Shown one piece after another: positions 30,644 to 39,159 of a DNA stretch of 64,000 nt. Positions within the stretch are counted from its first letter, which is position 1, and each line of letters begins with the position of its first letter. The notes under the pieces were generated by a model that worked only from the letters and a program-made list of their open reading frames with translations, did no database searches and was not told where the DNA came from. Made by a program: the position numbers and the translations under genes. Origin of the DNA: Bacteroidales bacterium (GTDB lineage Bacteria; Bacteroidota; Bacteroidia; Bacteroidales; JAIPAP01); the NCBI GenBank assembly GCA_021740045.1, contig JAIPAP010000001.1:11817-75816 (forward strand), in the 5' to 3' direction.

Positions 30644-31420
30644 TCAAGGTATCCGCTCCAAAATCCTTTTGGCTTTTTCACGATAGGACCCTTTGCTTTC
30701 CCCCAAATCCTTTAGCAGGGGTTTTGCTTTGTCAATCTTATCTTGCTTAATATAAGCCAATGCAAGATACCATTTGGATGGAAGGAATAATTCGGTCGAT
30801 TCAGATTCCAGGATAGTTTTAAACCAGTGCAGGGCTTTTTGCGACTGACTCATGGCCAGGTAGCAATTCCCGAGGTAGAACATGGCTTTTACGTTGGTGC
30901 GGTCATCTACAAGCACTTCTTCGAGCATAACCGCCGCCGAGTCGTAATCATGAACATCATAATACAACATGGCCTGGGTAAGCTCATCGTGTTGATCGCT
31001 TTTGGTGGTGATAATATTTGGATAGGGATTAAAGTGCTCGCTGAATATCTTTTGTGGATTTGGGTTGGTAAAGATGTAATATGCCGCAATTATAATAATG
31101 GCGAGAAAAATAGCGGCAGCAGTGAGATTTATCCATCCTTTGCCGCTTCGTAATCGCCGGTGCGAAGGTGTGTCATTACCCTTTTGTTGATAATTTTCTT
31201 TTATGCGATTAAGCACAGCCGGTTCATCCCTGATGATTTCGTACAATTCAATCACCCGGTTACGGCACAATTCGCAATTTTCAATATGATCATTAACAGC
31301 AGATGTCAATTCCCCATTTGGGGTATTTTTTACCAGCATAAATTCAGCGCACTGTGAAACGCCATCGCCGGTTAAGTGCCCCGATTCGTCGATATAGTAT
31401 GCATTGTCACCTTCACTCAT
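30644..31420 (-). CDS. zf-HC2 anti-sigma-factor-like protein with TM helix and periplasmic TPR domain
   Basis: 'C-x20-H-x3-C-x2-C' pattern (CAEF...DHIENCELC), one TM helix ('LTAAAIFLAIIIIAAYYIF'), then TPR-like repeats ('AMFYLGNCYLAMSQSQKALHWF'). Confidence 0.55.
   Translation of the reverse strand: MSEGDNAYYIDESGHLTGDGVSQCAEFMLVKNTPNGELTSAVNDHIENCELCRNRVIELYEIIRDEPAVLNRIKENYQQKGNDTPSHRRLRSGKGWINLTAAAIFLAIIIIAAYYIFTNPNPQKIFSEHFNPYPNIITTKSDQHDELTQAMLYYDVHDYDSAAVMLEEVLVDDRTNVKAMFYLGNCYLAMSQSQKALHWFKTILESESTELFLPSKWYLALAYIKQDKIDKAKPLLKDLGESKGSYREKAKRILERIP
31305..31330 (-). promoter_or_regulatory. copy 4 of the 26-bp CCCCAATTGGGG-core element (inverted orientation, inside the anti-sigma-like CDS)
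   Basis: The minus strand reads AAAAATACCCCAAATGGGGAATTGAC, matching the copy at 33331 at 24/26 positions. It encodes 'KNTPNGELT' of the zinc-finger region. Confidence 0.6.
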
Positions 31421-31519
31421 CTTATTTCATTTCTGCTACCCCGCCCCAAAAATTAATATAATTCGAATTTATACGATCATCCAATTTACATATACAAAAC
31501 AAAGAAACAATTTTGGATA

Positions 31520-32560
31520 TTATGAATTAACAAATTTTTCAAAATACCATTCGATTAAAGTTTTTACGGTTTTTCGATTAAAGTTCATTGAATGCCTCCT
31601 GTTCAAAAAATCAATCATTCGATCTATTTGATAATTGGTCCAGCGCCAGTAGGAGTCGGCCCCGGTGTTCGACCGGTCTGCCGCATTTAGAAGGCTTTTT
31701 ACGTCATTGAAGCGTTTTTGAGCAGTTTCCGGCTTATCTTCACTGTCTTGTTCCAGTAAAGGCCCTACTGAGGGGTAGTGCTTTGATATTTCTTCAAGTG
31801 AAAAATCTTGCTGGAGCAACCGCCCGATATCTTCTCTATTAATCTGTAAATCGAAACTAATCTTGAAACACAGGGTCAGCTTGTGTTTTCGCTGCAAATA
31901 ACTATTTATCCAGATTTCTGATAATCCGTAAGCATCCTCTAAGGCCAGGTAATAAGAAGGATTATTTTCAAACAGTTTATCAGCATTCCATAAATCTTCT
32001 CTATTTACTAAAACTTCTTTTCTATCCAATTCCGCTTTAATCATTGTTGAGCATTCATGAATGATTATAGCCCAGAGATAATTTCTGAATAAATGCTTAC
32101 GATTAAAGTATGATTTGATCTTTTCTTCTTTATAAATCAGGTTTACAAAGATTTGTTGGTTGAGGTCGTTTTCGAAATCGGTGCCTTTTAGGGAATCACA
32201 TGGAAAAAGCTTTTTGCCGCATATCTGTGTTATTAGGGGATAATACTTTAAAATAAGCCGGCGGAAATTTTTATCCAATAGTTCCAAATCTTCATTTTGA
32301 GAATAATTAGTAACTACTTCCTTCAAAACGTTTATATAGTATACCAGAAAAGAACTTTTGAAATGATAATCAAGTAGTTTGATAACAACCTCATTGGCAT
32401 ACATCTCCTTTCTGATATCTTCATAAAGCTGTTCAAGTTCTCTACTATTGCGGTGGCCGGTGAATATCTTTTTTGAAATAATATTGTGAAAGGTGTCACA
32501 ATTACGTGAATAAAACTTTTTTGGTGATTTTTTCCATATTTCAAAGTCTCTATCCCGCAT
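31520..32560 (-). CDS. hypothetical protein with weak sigma-70/ECF region 2- and region 4-like segments
   Basis: 'DLNQQIFVNLIY...LFRNYLWAIIIHECSTMIKAE' resembles sigma regions 2.1-2.4, and 'KLTLCFKISFDLQINREDIGRLL' resembles region 4. It has long N- and C-terminal extensions and sits upstream of the anti-sigma-like gene. The functional call is tentative. Confidence 0.4.
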   Translation of the reverse strand: MRDRDFEIWKKSPKKFYSRNCDTFHNIISKKIFTGHRNSRELEQLYEDIRKEMYANEVVIKLLDYHFKSSFLVYYINVLKEVVTNYSQNEDLELLDKNFRRLILKYYPLITQICGKKLFPCDSLKGTDFENDLNQQIFVNLIYKEEKIKSYFNRKHLFRNYLWAIIIHECSTMIKAELDRKEVLVNREDLWNADKLFENNPSYYLALEDAYGLSEIWINSYLQRKHKLTLCFKISFDLQINREDIGRLLQQDFSLEEISKHYPSVGPLLEQDSEDKPETAQKRFNDVKSLLNAADRSNTGADSYWRWTNYQIDRMIDFLNRRHSMNFNRKTVKTLIEWYFEKFVNS

Positions 32561-32669
32561 TAATAAAGCAATTGAGCTGATTTAACGTAATGAAAAACCT
32601 ACCGCTAAGTTAACAAATTTTTCAGTTGCTTATTCCAATTTAAAACATTTAGGTAGTAAATAATAATAA

Positions 32670-33329
32670 ATGACAAAAACCATGGCGGCAAACCATGAAA
32701 TGGAAAATAGGTTGCAACGGGTGCTTTCGCATCTGAATGTCTACCTGTATATAATGGACCTGGATGCTCAGGAGCTGGTTTGGACCTTTGGGGATATGAA
32801 CACCCTGATGGGTTTCGATCCCTTTAAGGTAAAGCTAAGTCCCTTGCAATTTGCCGAAAAATACTTTCATCCCAAAGATAGCTTTTTAATGCAGGAGCGC
32901 ATGGAGCTGTTTCTCGACGGCAGGGTCGACACCTGGGCAGGTATCTACCGCATTAAACACAAAAACCGGCGGTGGATATGGGTTTATTCCAGGTGGGTAC
33001 AACTGGAAAAATACGCTCCCGATGATCCGCTACTGCTGGCTGGACTTTTAATGGATGCCACCACCGGCCTGAGAACCGAAATGCAACTCAGCTTTTTAAT
33101 ACAGGAAGCCCTGAAATTCAAAAACGGCGACCGCATCAAAAAACTAACCAAGCGGGAGGTTGTCATCCTCAAGCTGATCGCCGAAGGCCACACCTACACC
33201 GAAATCGGTAAAAAGCTGCACATCCAGCCCGACACGGTAAACAAGCACCGCAAAAACATCTTGCACAAGCTGGAACTTAAAAACATAGCCACCCTCATCT
33301 GCTTCGCAAAAGAGGTGGGTTTGGTTTGA
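32670..33329 (+). CDS. PAS-domain / LuxR-type HTH transcriptional regulator
   Basis: N-terminal PAS-like fold ('WAGIYRIKHKNRRWIWVYS') and C-terminal 'LTKREVVILKLIAEGHTYTEIGKKLHIQPDTVNKHRKNILHKL'. Confidence 0.8.
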   Translation: MTKTMAANHEMENRLQRVLSHLNVYLYIMDLDAQELVWTFGDMNTLMGFDPFKVKLSPLQFAEKYFHPKDSFLMQERMELFLDGRVDTWAGIYRIKHKNRRWIWVYSRWVQLEKYAPDDPLLLAGLLMDATTGLRTEMQLSFLIQEALKFKNGDRIKKLTKREVVILKLIAEGHTYTEIGKKLHIQPDTVNKHRKNILHKLELKNIATLICFAKEVGLV

Positions 33330-33330
33330 T

Positions 33331-33356
33331 AAAAAATACCCCAATTGGGGAATTGA
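33331..33356 (+). promoter_or_regulatory. copy 1 of the 26-bp element AAAAATACCCCAATTGGGGAATTGAT
   Basis: Perfect 12-bp palindrome CCCCAATTGGGG. Starts 2 nt after the LuxR-type gene stop and 81 nt upstream of the ATG at 33437. Confidence 0.65.
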
Positions 33357-33436
33357 TTTAGTGAAATATTTGGAATAGGTTAGCATTCTGAATAGAATTT
33401 ATAAATGCCAAATAAGTATATATTAATAAAATTATC

Positions 33437-33928
33437 ATGAGAAAGAATAGCTGGTTTAGGTTTACATTAGCATTACTAGGTGCAAGTCTTATGATTCTTA
33501 GTAGTTGTTCAAAAGAAGATTCAAAAATCTATAAAAAGAGTTCTGTTGCTCAAGAAGGAACAATAACAGATATTGATGGGAATAATTACAATACGGTAAA
33601 AATAGACAATCAAGTATGGATGGCAAAAAACCTTAGGGTAACAAGATACCGTAGTGGAGATGTTATTGGCATAACAAGCAATGATACCATGGATATTTCT
33701 AATGAAGAAAACGGATCCAATTCATATGGTTTTACATCACTTCCCGGAGGTTATAGAAACAAGCTTGGGTACTGTGATTATGCCGGGAAACTTGCTTATT
33801 GGTGGAGTAGTACAGAAGAAGGTAATAATTCTGCTTGGACTCGTGGAATAGATTATAGGTTTAGCGAAGTTACCAGGTATTACTATCCCAAGGATGTGGG
33901 GTTTTCAGTCAGATGTGTAAAGGATTAG
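33437..33928 (+). CDS. FISUMP-domain lipoprotein (Fibrobacter succinogenes major paralogous domain type), short form
   Basis: Lipobox 'LSSCSK', 'ITDIDGNNYNTVKIDNQVWMAKNL', and the C-terminal 'GFSVRCVKD' typical of the family. Confidence 0.7.
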   Translation: MRKNSWFRFTLALLGASLMILSSCSKEDSKIYKKSSVAQEGTITDIDGNNYNTVKIDNQVWMAKNLRVTRYRSGDVIGITSNDTMDISNEENGSNSYGFTSLPGGYRNKLGYCDYAGKLAYWWSSTEEGNNSAWTRGIDYRFSEVTRYYYPKDVGFSVRCVKD

Positions 33929-34075
33929 TTAACAAATGCATGTAAAACAAACAAAATCAATTTAATATGCAGCTGGTGAATACTAAAGCAAGACCTCCAC
34001 CTAATGATATGAGTGTTTTGTTTACATATTGAAAGTCACAGAAAAACAATTAAATAATCATTAAAATCCTAGGTT

Positions 34076-34552
34076 ATGAAAAGTATTTTAAGCTTATCCG
34101 TTAAATTATTGATTCTTGTTCTATTAGCAAGTTGTGGAACAATCATAGGTGGTAGCAAGTACTATGCACATGTAAAAGTAAAAGATCATCCTAATGCCAG
34201 AATTGAACATAATGGAGTTTATTATGGATCAGGTGATGCAATCATTAAAGCAAAACGAAGTAAAGCTAATAAATTTGCTGTTACTATAAAAGAAGAAGGT
34301 TGTGAAGAGGAAACGGTTGAATTCAAACAACGCAAGTTTAGAGGATGGGCTCTTTTGGGCACTGTAGTGACATGGACTGGAAATGTAGGTGGAATTTATA
34401 TTCCTTGGGGAGCAGCTTTGGACTTTATTACCGGCTCATTATACAAGCCAGATGAAAATGAATTAGGTGTTGATAAAATCGACCAAAAACATTACAATTA
34501 TGTGATTGATTATAAAGGATGTCTGAAGAAACCAGATATAAGTGGAAAATAA
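34076..34552 (+). CDS. lipoprotein, PEGA-like
   Basis: Lipobox 'LLASCGT'. A beta-rich 'VKVKDHPNARIEHNGVYYGSGD' segment resembles PEGA. Confidence 0.5.
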   Translation: MKSILSLSVKLLILVLLASCGTIIGGSKYYAHVKVKDHPNARIEHNGVYYGSGDAIIKAKRSKANKFAVTIKEEGCEEETVEFKQRKFRGWALLGTVVTWTGNVGGIYIPWGAALDFITGSLYKPDENELGVDKIDQKHYNYVIDYKGCLKKPDISGK

Positions 34553-34588
34553 AAGCAAAAAGAGAAATAAATAAAAAACCTTTTAATC

Positions 34589-35077
34589 ATGAGAAGATAT
34601 AAACACTTGACTGGCCTGATCATCCTGATCATGTTAATGAACACTGGTTTTGTTTCGGCAAAGAAGCAAATCACCATTTATTTTGAAGATGGAGAGCATA
34701 TTACAGTGAATGATTATAAAATAAAAAGAGGTTCCATTATTACTTATAATGCCCATTACAATAAAGCTAAAATCCTATATATTAGGAAAAAGGGACGAGT
34801 GTTTGTTGTGAATTATAAAACAGGAAGTTTAATAAAACTTAGCAAGCGATACAATTTCGATGAACCCCAATTATCAGACTTAGCCATTGTTTATGCCACT
34901 AAGTATTACAATATTAAAGCATATGCACCACAGTTGAGCGATCCTTTAGAGAAGCATTTACAAAATGAGGATTTTAAAAAGCTTTATGATGAGCATGCAA
35001 GAAGTGCGAGGAATAGTGATGCCGATACTTATGTTTTAATTGGAATAATTCTGCTAGCACAACTATTATTTTCATAG
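34589..35077 (+). CDS. hypothetical exported/anchored protein
   Basis: N-terminal signal-like helix and a C-terminal hydrophobic 'YVLIGIILLAQLLF'. AT-rich. Confidence 0.45.
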   Translation: MRRYKHLTGLIILIMLMNTGFVSAKKQITIYFEDGEHITVNDYKIKRGSIITYNAHYNKAKILYIRKKGRVFVVNYKTGSLIKLSKRYNFDEPQLSDLAIVYATKYYNIKAYAPQLSDPLEKHLQNEDFKKLYDEHARSARNSDADTYVLIGIILLAQLLFS

Positions 35078-35224
35078 CTGTCATCCGTTTTATTGCTTAA
35101 TTATTTAGATGGGTTAAAGGATAGGTTGGGGATGTTATAATTTGTGGGTTATATTATAACCTTCATATTATTTGTCCTTTTGATGCTTATACATGGCTAC
35201 ATTAGGTTTAAGAAATTTTAACCC

Positions 35225-35250
35225 AAAAATACCCCATTTTGGGAATTGAT
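35225..35250 (+). promoter_or_regulatory. copy 2 of the 26-bp element (AAAAATACCCCATTTTGGGAATTGAT)
   Basis: 24/26 identical to copy 1. Lies upstream of 35354/35558, with TATTTGG about 22 nt after its TTG. Confidence 0.6.
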
Positions 35251-35353
35251 ATTGAGGAAAATATTGCTAATATTTGGTCTCATAATACTATGTATGATAT
35301 CTGCAAACTGTCTTAAATACTGGATTTTGATTATTAATTTAATATAGAATTAA

Positions 35354-35545
35354 ATGAAAGCTAAATGCTTATTCCTGTATGCCTTGGTTGTTGTTTTACG
35401 AATGAAACATACGCTTCACCCAATAATCGACAAGATGTTCTCCTTTAGCAAGATATCCAAGGCATTATATTATTTCGAAAATGAGGATCATTTTGGAAAA
35501 GTAATTATTTCGCTTAACGGCGAACAGCAACAATATAAACCATAA
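35354..35545 (+). pseudogene. relic of the C-terminus of an MDR-family (quinone oxidoreductase / Zn-ADH-like) gene
   Basis: 'LHPIIDKMFSFSKISKALYYFENEDHFGKVIISL' matches the conserved C-terminal strand-helix-'GK(V/I)V(L/I)' end of MDR oxidoreductases. The ~300 aa that should precede it are absent. Confidence 0.45.
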
Positions 35546-35557
35546 AACCCTAAAACC

Positions 35558-38500
35558 GTGAAAATCAATCCTATAGTAATCGTTTGGCTTCTCATTGTTC
35601 TGGGAAGCATCGGCAATGTAAATGCCCAGCCAAATTTACTTGGCGACCCCGGCTTCGATGATCAATCAAACATCCCGGGAGAATTTCCTGTTTCAGGATT
35701 CTGGGATTATTATGAATATGGCTATGCCGGAGCAGTAGTAGATGGAAATCATTCATTTACACCCCCTTATTCATTGCATGTATACACTGGTAGTGAGGTA
35801 AATAGCAGCTACCTGATGCGGGTTTACCAGGATTATCCTACTGATCAATGCAAACGATTCCATGCCGGGGCTAAACTGGCCACACCTGATGGATTTCCCT
35901 GGCAGGAAGGTGAAACCTATGCGAGGATTGAAGTACAGTTTTTAGATTTTGATTATGATCTAATAGAAATGTATACAAGCGAAGAATATTTGGTCGCAAA
36001 TAGCAACTGGGGATTATTTGATGTCTATACCCCTATTTCACCGCACAATACGCATTATGCCAGGTTTATGATCCGGTTGGAACGAACTCATTGGACCAGC
36101 GACCAAAGTGTTGTGAACGTCGACAGTTGTTTTATGTATCAACTCTATCCAGAGTCAGATAGCTTAATTATCAAACCTGAGATCATAAATTTCGGGGCTT
36201 CAGCAGATACGATTAAGTTCAAAATATACAATGATGGAAGCTCTGTTAGCCATTGGTCCATTGAAATGCCCGAAGAGGATGAATGGCTTATAAGCGCCAC
36301 ACCCAACGACAGTAGCACCATATGTTCCGAATTCACGCATGTCACGCTTATTAGTGACAGGAATGCCTTGCAGGCAGGCAAAGAATATTCTTCATCGATT
36401 TCGATAATACCTGATTATGGTTCTGTTATCGAAGTTCCGGTGAATATAGAAAAGCCTGTTGATGTACCTGGTCAACCCTCTGTAGTTTCATTGAATAACA
36501 GGCAATTGATGGTACAAAAACGTTTCCCGGATAATTACCTTGATGAGCCCAGGGCATATAAAATCAAAGGATTTGCCTGGTCACCTGCTGGTATAGCAAC
36601 CAATTCTTCACCGGAATCAAGAAGAGAGGCATTTCATCAATATAATAAAAACGATCTGGCGCTGATTAAAGGTTGCAACGGAAATACCGTTTATACATTT
36701 TTAGATTTTGGTTTAGAAGAAGAAAAATATAGTAGTGTACTTGATAATCTCTATGAGGAGGGGATCATGGCAATCATAACAGTGGATGAAGATGGATTTT
36801 ATAATCTGCAAAACCTCGAAGATGTGGTTAATTCTTACAAGAACCATCCAGCTGTATTAATGTGGGCTATTGGTAATGAATGGAATATTAATCTTTATCA
36901 TGAGTATTTTGATGACCTGCAGGAAGCAGCAGAAGCTACTGAATTTGCCGCCCAATTAATCAAAGAAATTGACACACTTCACCCGGTTGCATCAATATAT
37001 GGGGAGATTAATATTTTAAACCAGGACCCAACCACTTATGAAATTGTAAATACGATTTGTCCTAGTGTTGATGTTTGGGGATTAAACATCTACAGAGGTG
37101 ATAATTTCGGAGAATTATTTGAGGAGTGGGCTCAAATCACCGACAAACCGATGTTTTTATCCGAGTTTGGCGTTGATGCTTATCATACCATTGAAAATTT
37201 TCCAATAGTGGGGTATGTTAACGAGGAAATCCAAAAACAATGGAATCACAGTCTTTGGTTAGATCTGAATGAGGAGATTTCTCAGCTAGATCCTGCAAAG
37301 AATTGCCTGGGAGGTACTTTTTTTGAATGGAACGATGAGTGGTGGAAGATACCACCTTCCGGACAGCAAAACAATGGGGGCTTTGCTACAGATTGGAACC
37401 CATATGCTTTTCCAGATGGTTTTGCAAATGAGGAATATTTTGGAATTGTTCAAATTGACTGGGATGCCAGAATACCAAGAGCAACTTATGGTCAAATCAA
37501 GCAGGATTTTAGTATTCAAAATCATGTGATTCAATCAACATTCGATACAGGCGGATACATATATCCATATGGGACCCTGCTGGTAGAAAATGGAACCGAT
37601 CAGACTTTTCGCATAGTTCCGGATGAAAACTGGATTATCGATACCTTGTATATTGATGGAGTTGAAGTTGAAGATGCCAATTTATACATGTTTGAAAATA
37701 TTGAATCTGACCATACGATTCATGTAAGCTTTGAATATAACCCCGGGCAACAAACCCAGTCTATATCATTATTACCGAGTTATCAATTTGTCTCTTCCCA
37801 TATTATTCCTAATGAACCCGATATGGAAGATGTGTTGTCGGATATAATGGATGGAGAACTCAAGTTTGTTAGGAACTCCAATGGAAATATGCTTCAGAAG
37901 ATAGGCCCCAATTGGGTAAACGCTATAGGTGACTGGCAAACAGAAGAAGGATACCTATTCAATATGTATGTCTCAGCTTCTATTACGGTAGAGGGAATGC
38001 AAATCGATCCGCAAACACCCATTTCCCTGTTCTCAGGTTATCAGTTTGTGGGCTATTTACCTGATGCAATTATGGTGGCGACCGACGCTTTTGCAACCAT
38101 TATGAATGATAACCTCGATTTTGTGAGAGATAGCGAAGGTGCTATGCTTCGTAAAATAGGCCCGCATTGGATCAACAACATAGGCGATGTTTATCCCGGT
38201 GAAGGTTATCTTATTAAAATGTATGCGCAGGATGAATTGATCTATCCGGCTAATATCAGTAAGTCTCATATTCAGCCAATGAAAAGGCCGGCCTATTTTG
38301 ATATTGTACCAGGAGATCCTTCGTGTCCGGTATATACAATTTACATACAACCAAGTGAAGGGATGGCACCCGGGGATGAGATAGCGGCCTATTCAAACGG
38401 TAATTTGGTAGGCTCTGCGGTAATCGAATCGGAAGATTTATTTGATAATGATATACCTGTTTTTTCCAAAATTGATAACAGTAAAGGTTATAAACCGGGA

Positions 38501-38902
38501 AGTAAGATAGTTCTTTACCATTGGTCTAATGATGAAAACATGCTAACCGAATTGTCCTACGGATTTATTAATGATTATGCCGGTTCATGGAATAAAGAGA
38601 TTTATCCCGGTGAGGATGGGGAATTTTCAATAATAAAGGCCGATAAAGGATTTAATCGACCCATTGAAGAGATATTCCGGTTAGAGCTATTCCCTAATCC
38701 GGTAAATTCTACTTTCACCATTAGCACGAATCATATTATCGAGAAGGTGACTATTTACACACTTTCGGGTCAACAATTGATAAGAGTCTTCCCACATTCC
38801 AAAGACATTGAAATGGATTTGCAACAACTGGATGCAGGGATTTATATCATAAGACTTATAACCAAAGCACATTCAGAAACTACAAAGATTGTGGTTCAAT
38901 AA
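35558..38902 (+). CDS. T9SS-secreted clan GH-A (GH2/GH5-like TIM-barrel) glycosidase-like protein with N-terminal CBM-like domain and shared C-terminal cassette
   Basis: GTG start and signal peptide.
- 'NLLGDPGFDD' CBM4/9-like N-terminus.
- 'PAVLMWAIGNEWN' (acid/base NE) and 'PMFLSEFGVDAY' (nucleophile E).
- C-terminal 'LELFPNPVNSTFTIS...AGIYIIRLIT' T9SS sorting domain. Confidence 0.8.
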   Translation: MKINPIVIVWLLIVLGSIGNVNAQPNLLGDPGFDDQSNIPGEFPVSGFWDYYEYGYAGAVVDGNHSFTPPYSLHVYTGSEVNSSYLMRVYQDYPTDQCKRFHAGAKLATPDGFPWQEGETYARIEVQFLDFDYDLIEMYTSEEYLVANSNWGLFDVYTPISPHNTHYARFMIRLERTHWTSDQSVVNVDSCFMYQLYPESDSLIIKPEIINFGASADTIKFKIYNDGSSVSHWSIEMPEEDEWLISATPNDSSTICSEFTHVTLISDRNALQAGKEYSSSISIIPDYGSVIEVPVNIEKPVDVPGQPSVVSLNNRQLMVQKRFPDNYLDEPRAYKIKGFAWSPAGIATNSSPESRREAFHQYNKNDLALIKGCNGNTVYTFLDFGLEEEKYSSVLDNLYEEGIMAIITVDEDGFYNLQNLEDVVNSYKNHPAVLMWAIGNEWNINLYHEYFDDLQEAAEATEFAAQLIKEIDTLHPVASIYGEINILNQDPTTYEIVNTICPSVDVWGLNIYRGDNFGELFEEWAQITDKPMFLSEFGVDAYHTIENFPIVGYVNEEIQKQWNHSLWLDLNEEISQLDPAKNCLGGTFFEWNDEWWKIPPSGQQNNGGFATDWNPYAFPDGFANEEYFGIVQIDWDARIPRATYGQIKQDFSIQNHVIQSTFDTGGYIYPYGTLLVENGTDQTFRIVPDENWIIDTLYIDGVEVEDANLYMFENIESDHTIHVSFEYNPGQQTQSISLLPSYQFVSSHIIPNEPDMEDVLSDIMDGELKFVRNSNGNMLQKIGPNWVNAIGDWQTEEGYLFNMYVSASITVEGMQIDPQTPISLFSGYQFVGYLPDAIMVATDAFATIMNDNLDFVRDSEGAMLRKIGPHWINNIGDVYPGEGYLIKMYAQDELIYPANISKSHIQPMKRPAYFDIVPGDPSCPVYTIYIQPSEGMAPGDEIAAYSNGNLVGSAVIESEDLFDNDIPVFSKIDNSKGYKPGSKIVLYHWSNDENMLTELSYGFINDYAGSWNKEIYPGEDGEFSIIKADKGFNRPIEEIFRLELFPNPVNSTFTISTNHIIEKVTIYTLSGQQLIRVFPHSKDIEMDLQQLDAGIYIIRLITKAHSETTKIVVQ

Positions 38903-38924
38903 AACGTGATTGCTATTTAAGGAG

Positions 38925-38959
38925 GGGCCATAAATCCATTAGGGTTATGGCTCTTTTCT
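38925..38959 (+). terminator. rho-independent terminator
   Basis: GCCATAA/TTATGGC stem (extendable to 9 bp), 11-nt loop, then TCTTTTCT. Confidence 0.7.
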
Positions 38960-39159
38960 ATTGTATCTCAATACCATAGTAAATTCAATTTTCGCAACAT
39001 GGGGAATTGGTCATTGCTGACTTGTTCTCCAAATTAGTGGTGAATAAAGTAACATTTTGGCAATAGTTTAAAGGTGAGTTTTCCAAAAATGGTTGCTGAA
39101 TTGGTAGATTAAATAACTAACTTTATGGAGTATGCACCTGAAAAAAAACCTGTAAAACC

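Noticed and set aside
37905-37920. 'CCCCAATTGGGT' (11/12 of the palindrome) inside the T9SS glycosidase-like CDS.
   Set aside because: It encodes the conserved 'GPNWV' of the shared repeat unit. It lacks the element's flanks, and the paralogous position in the other gene uses different codons.
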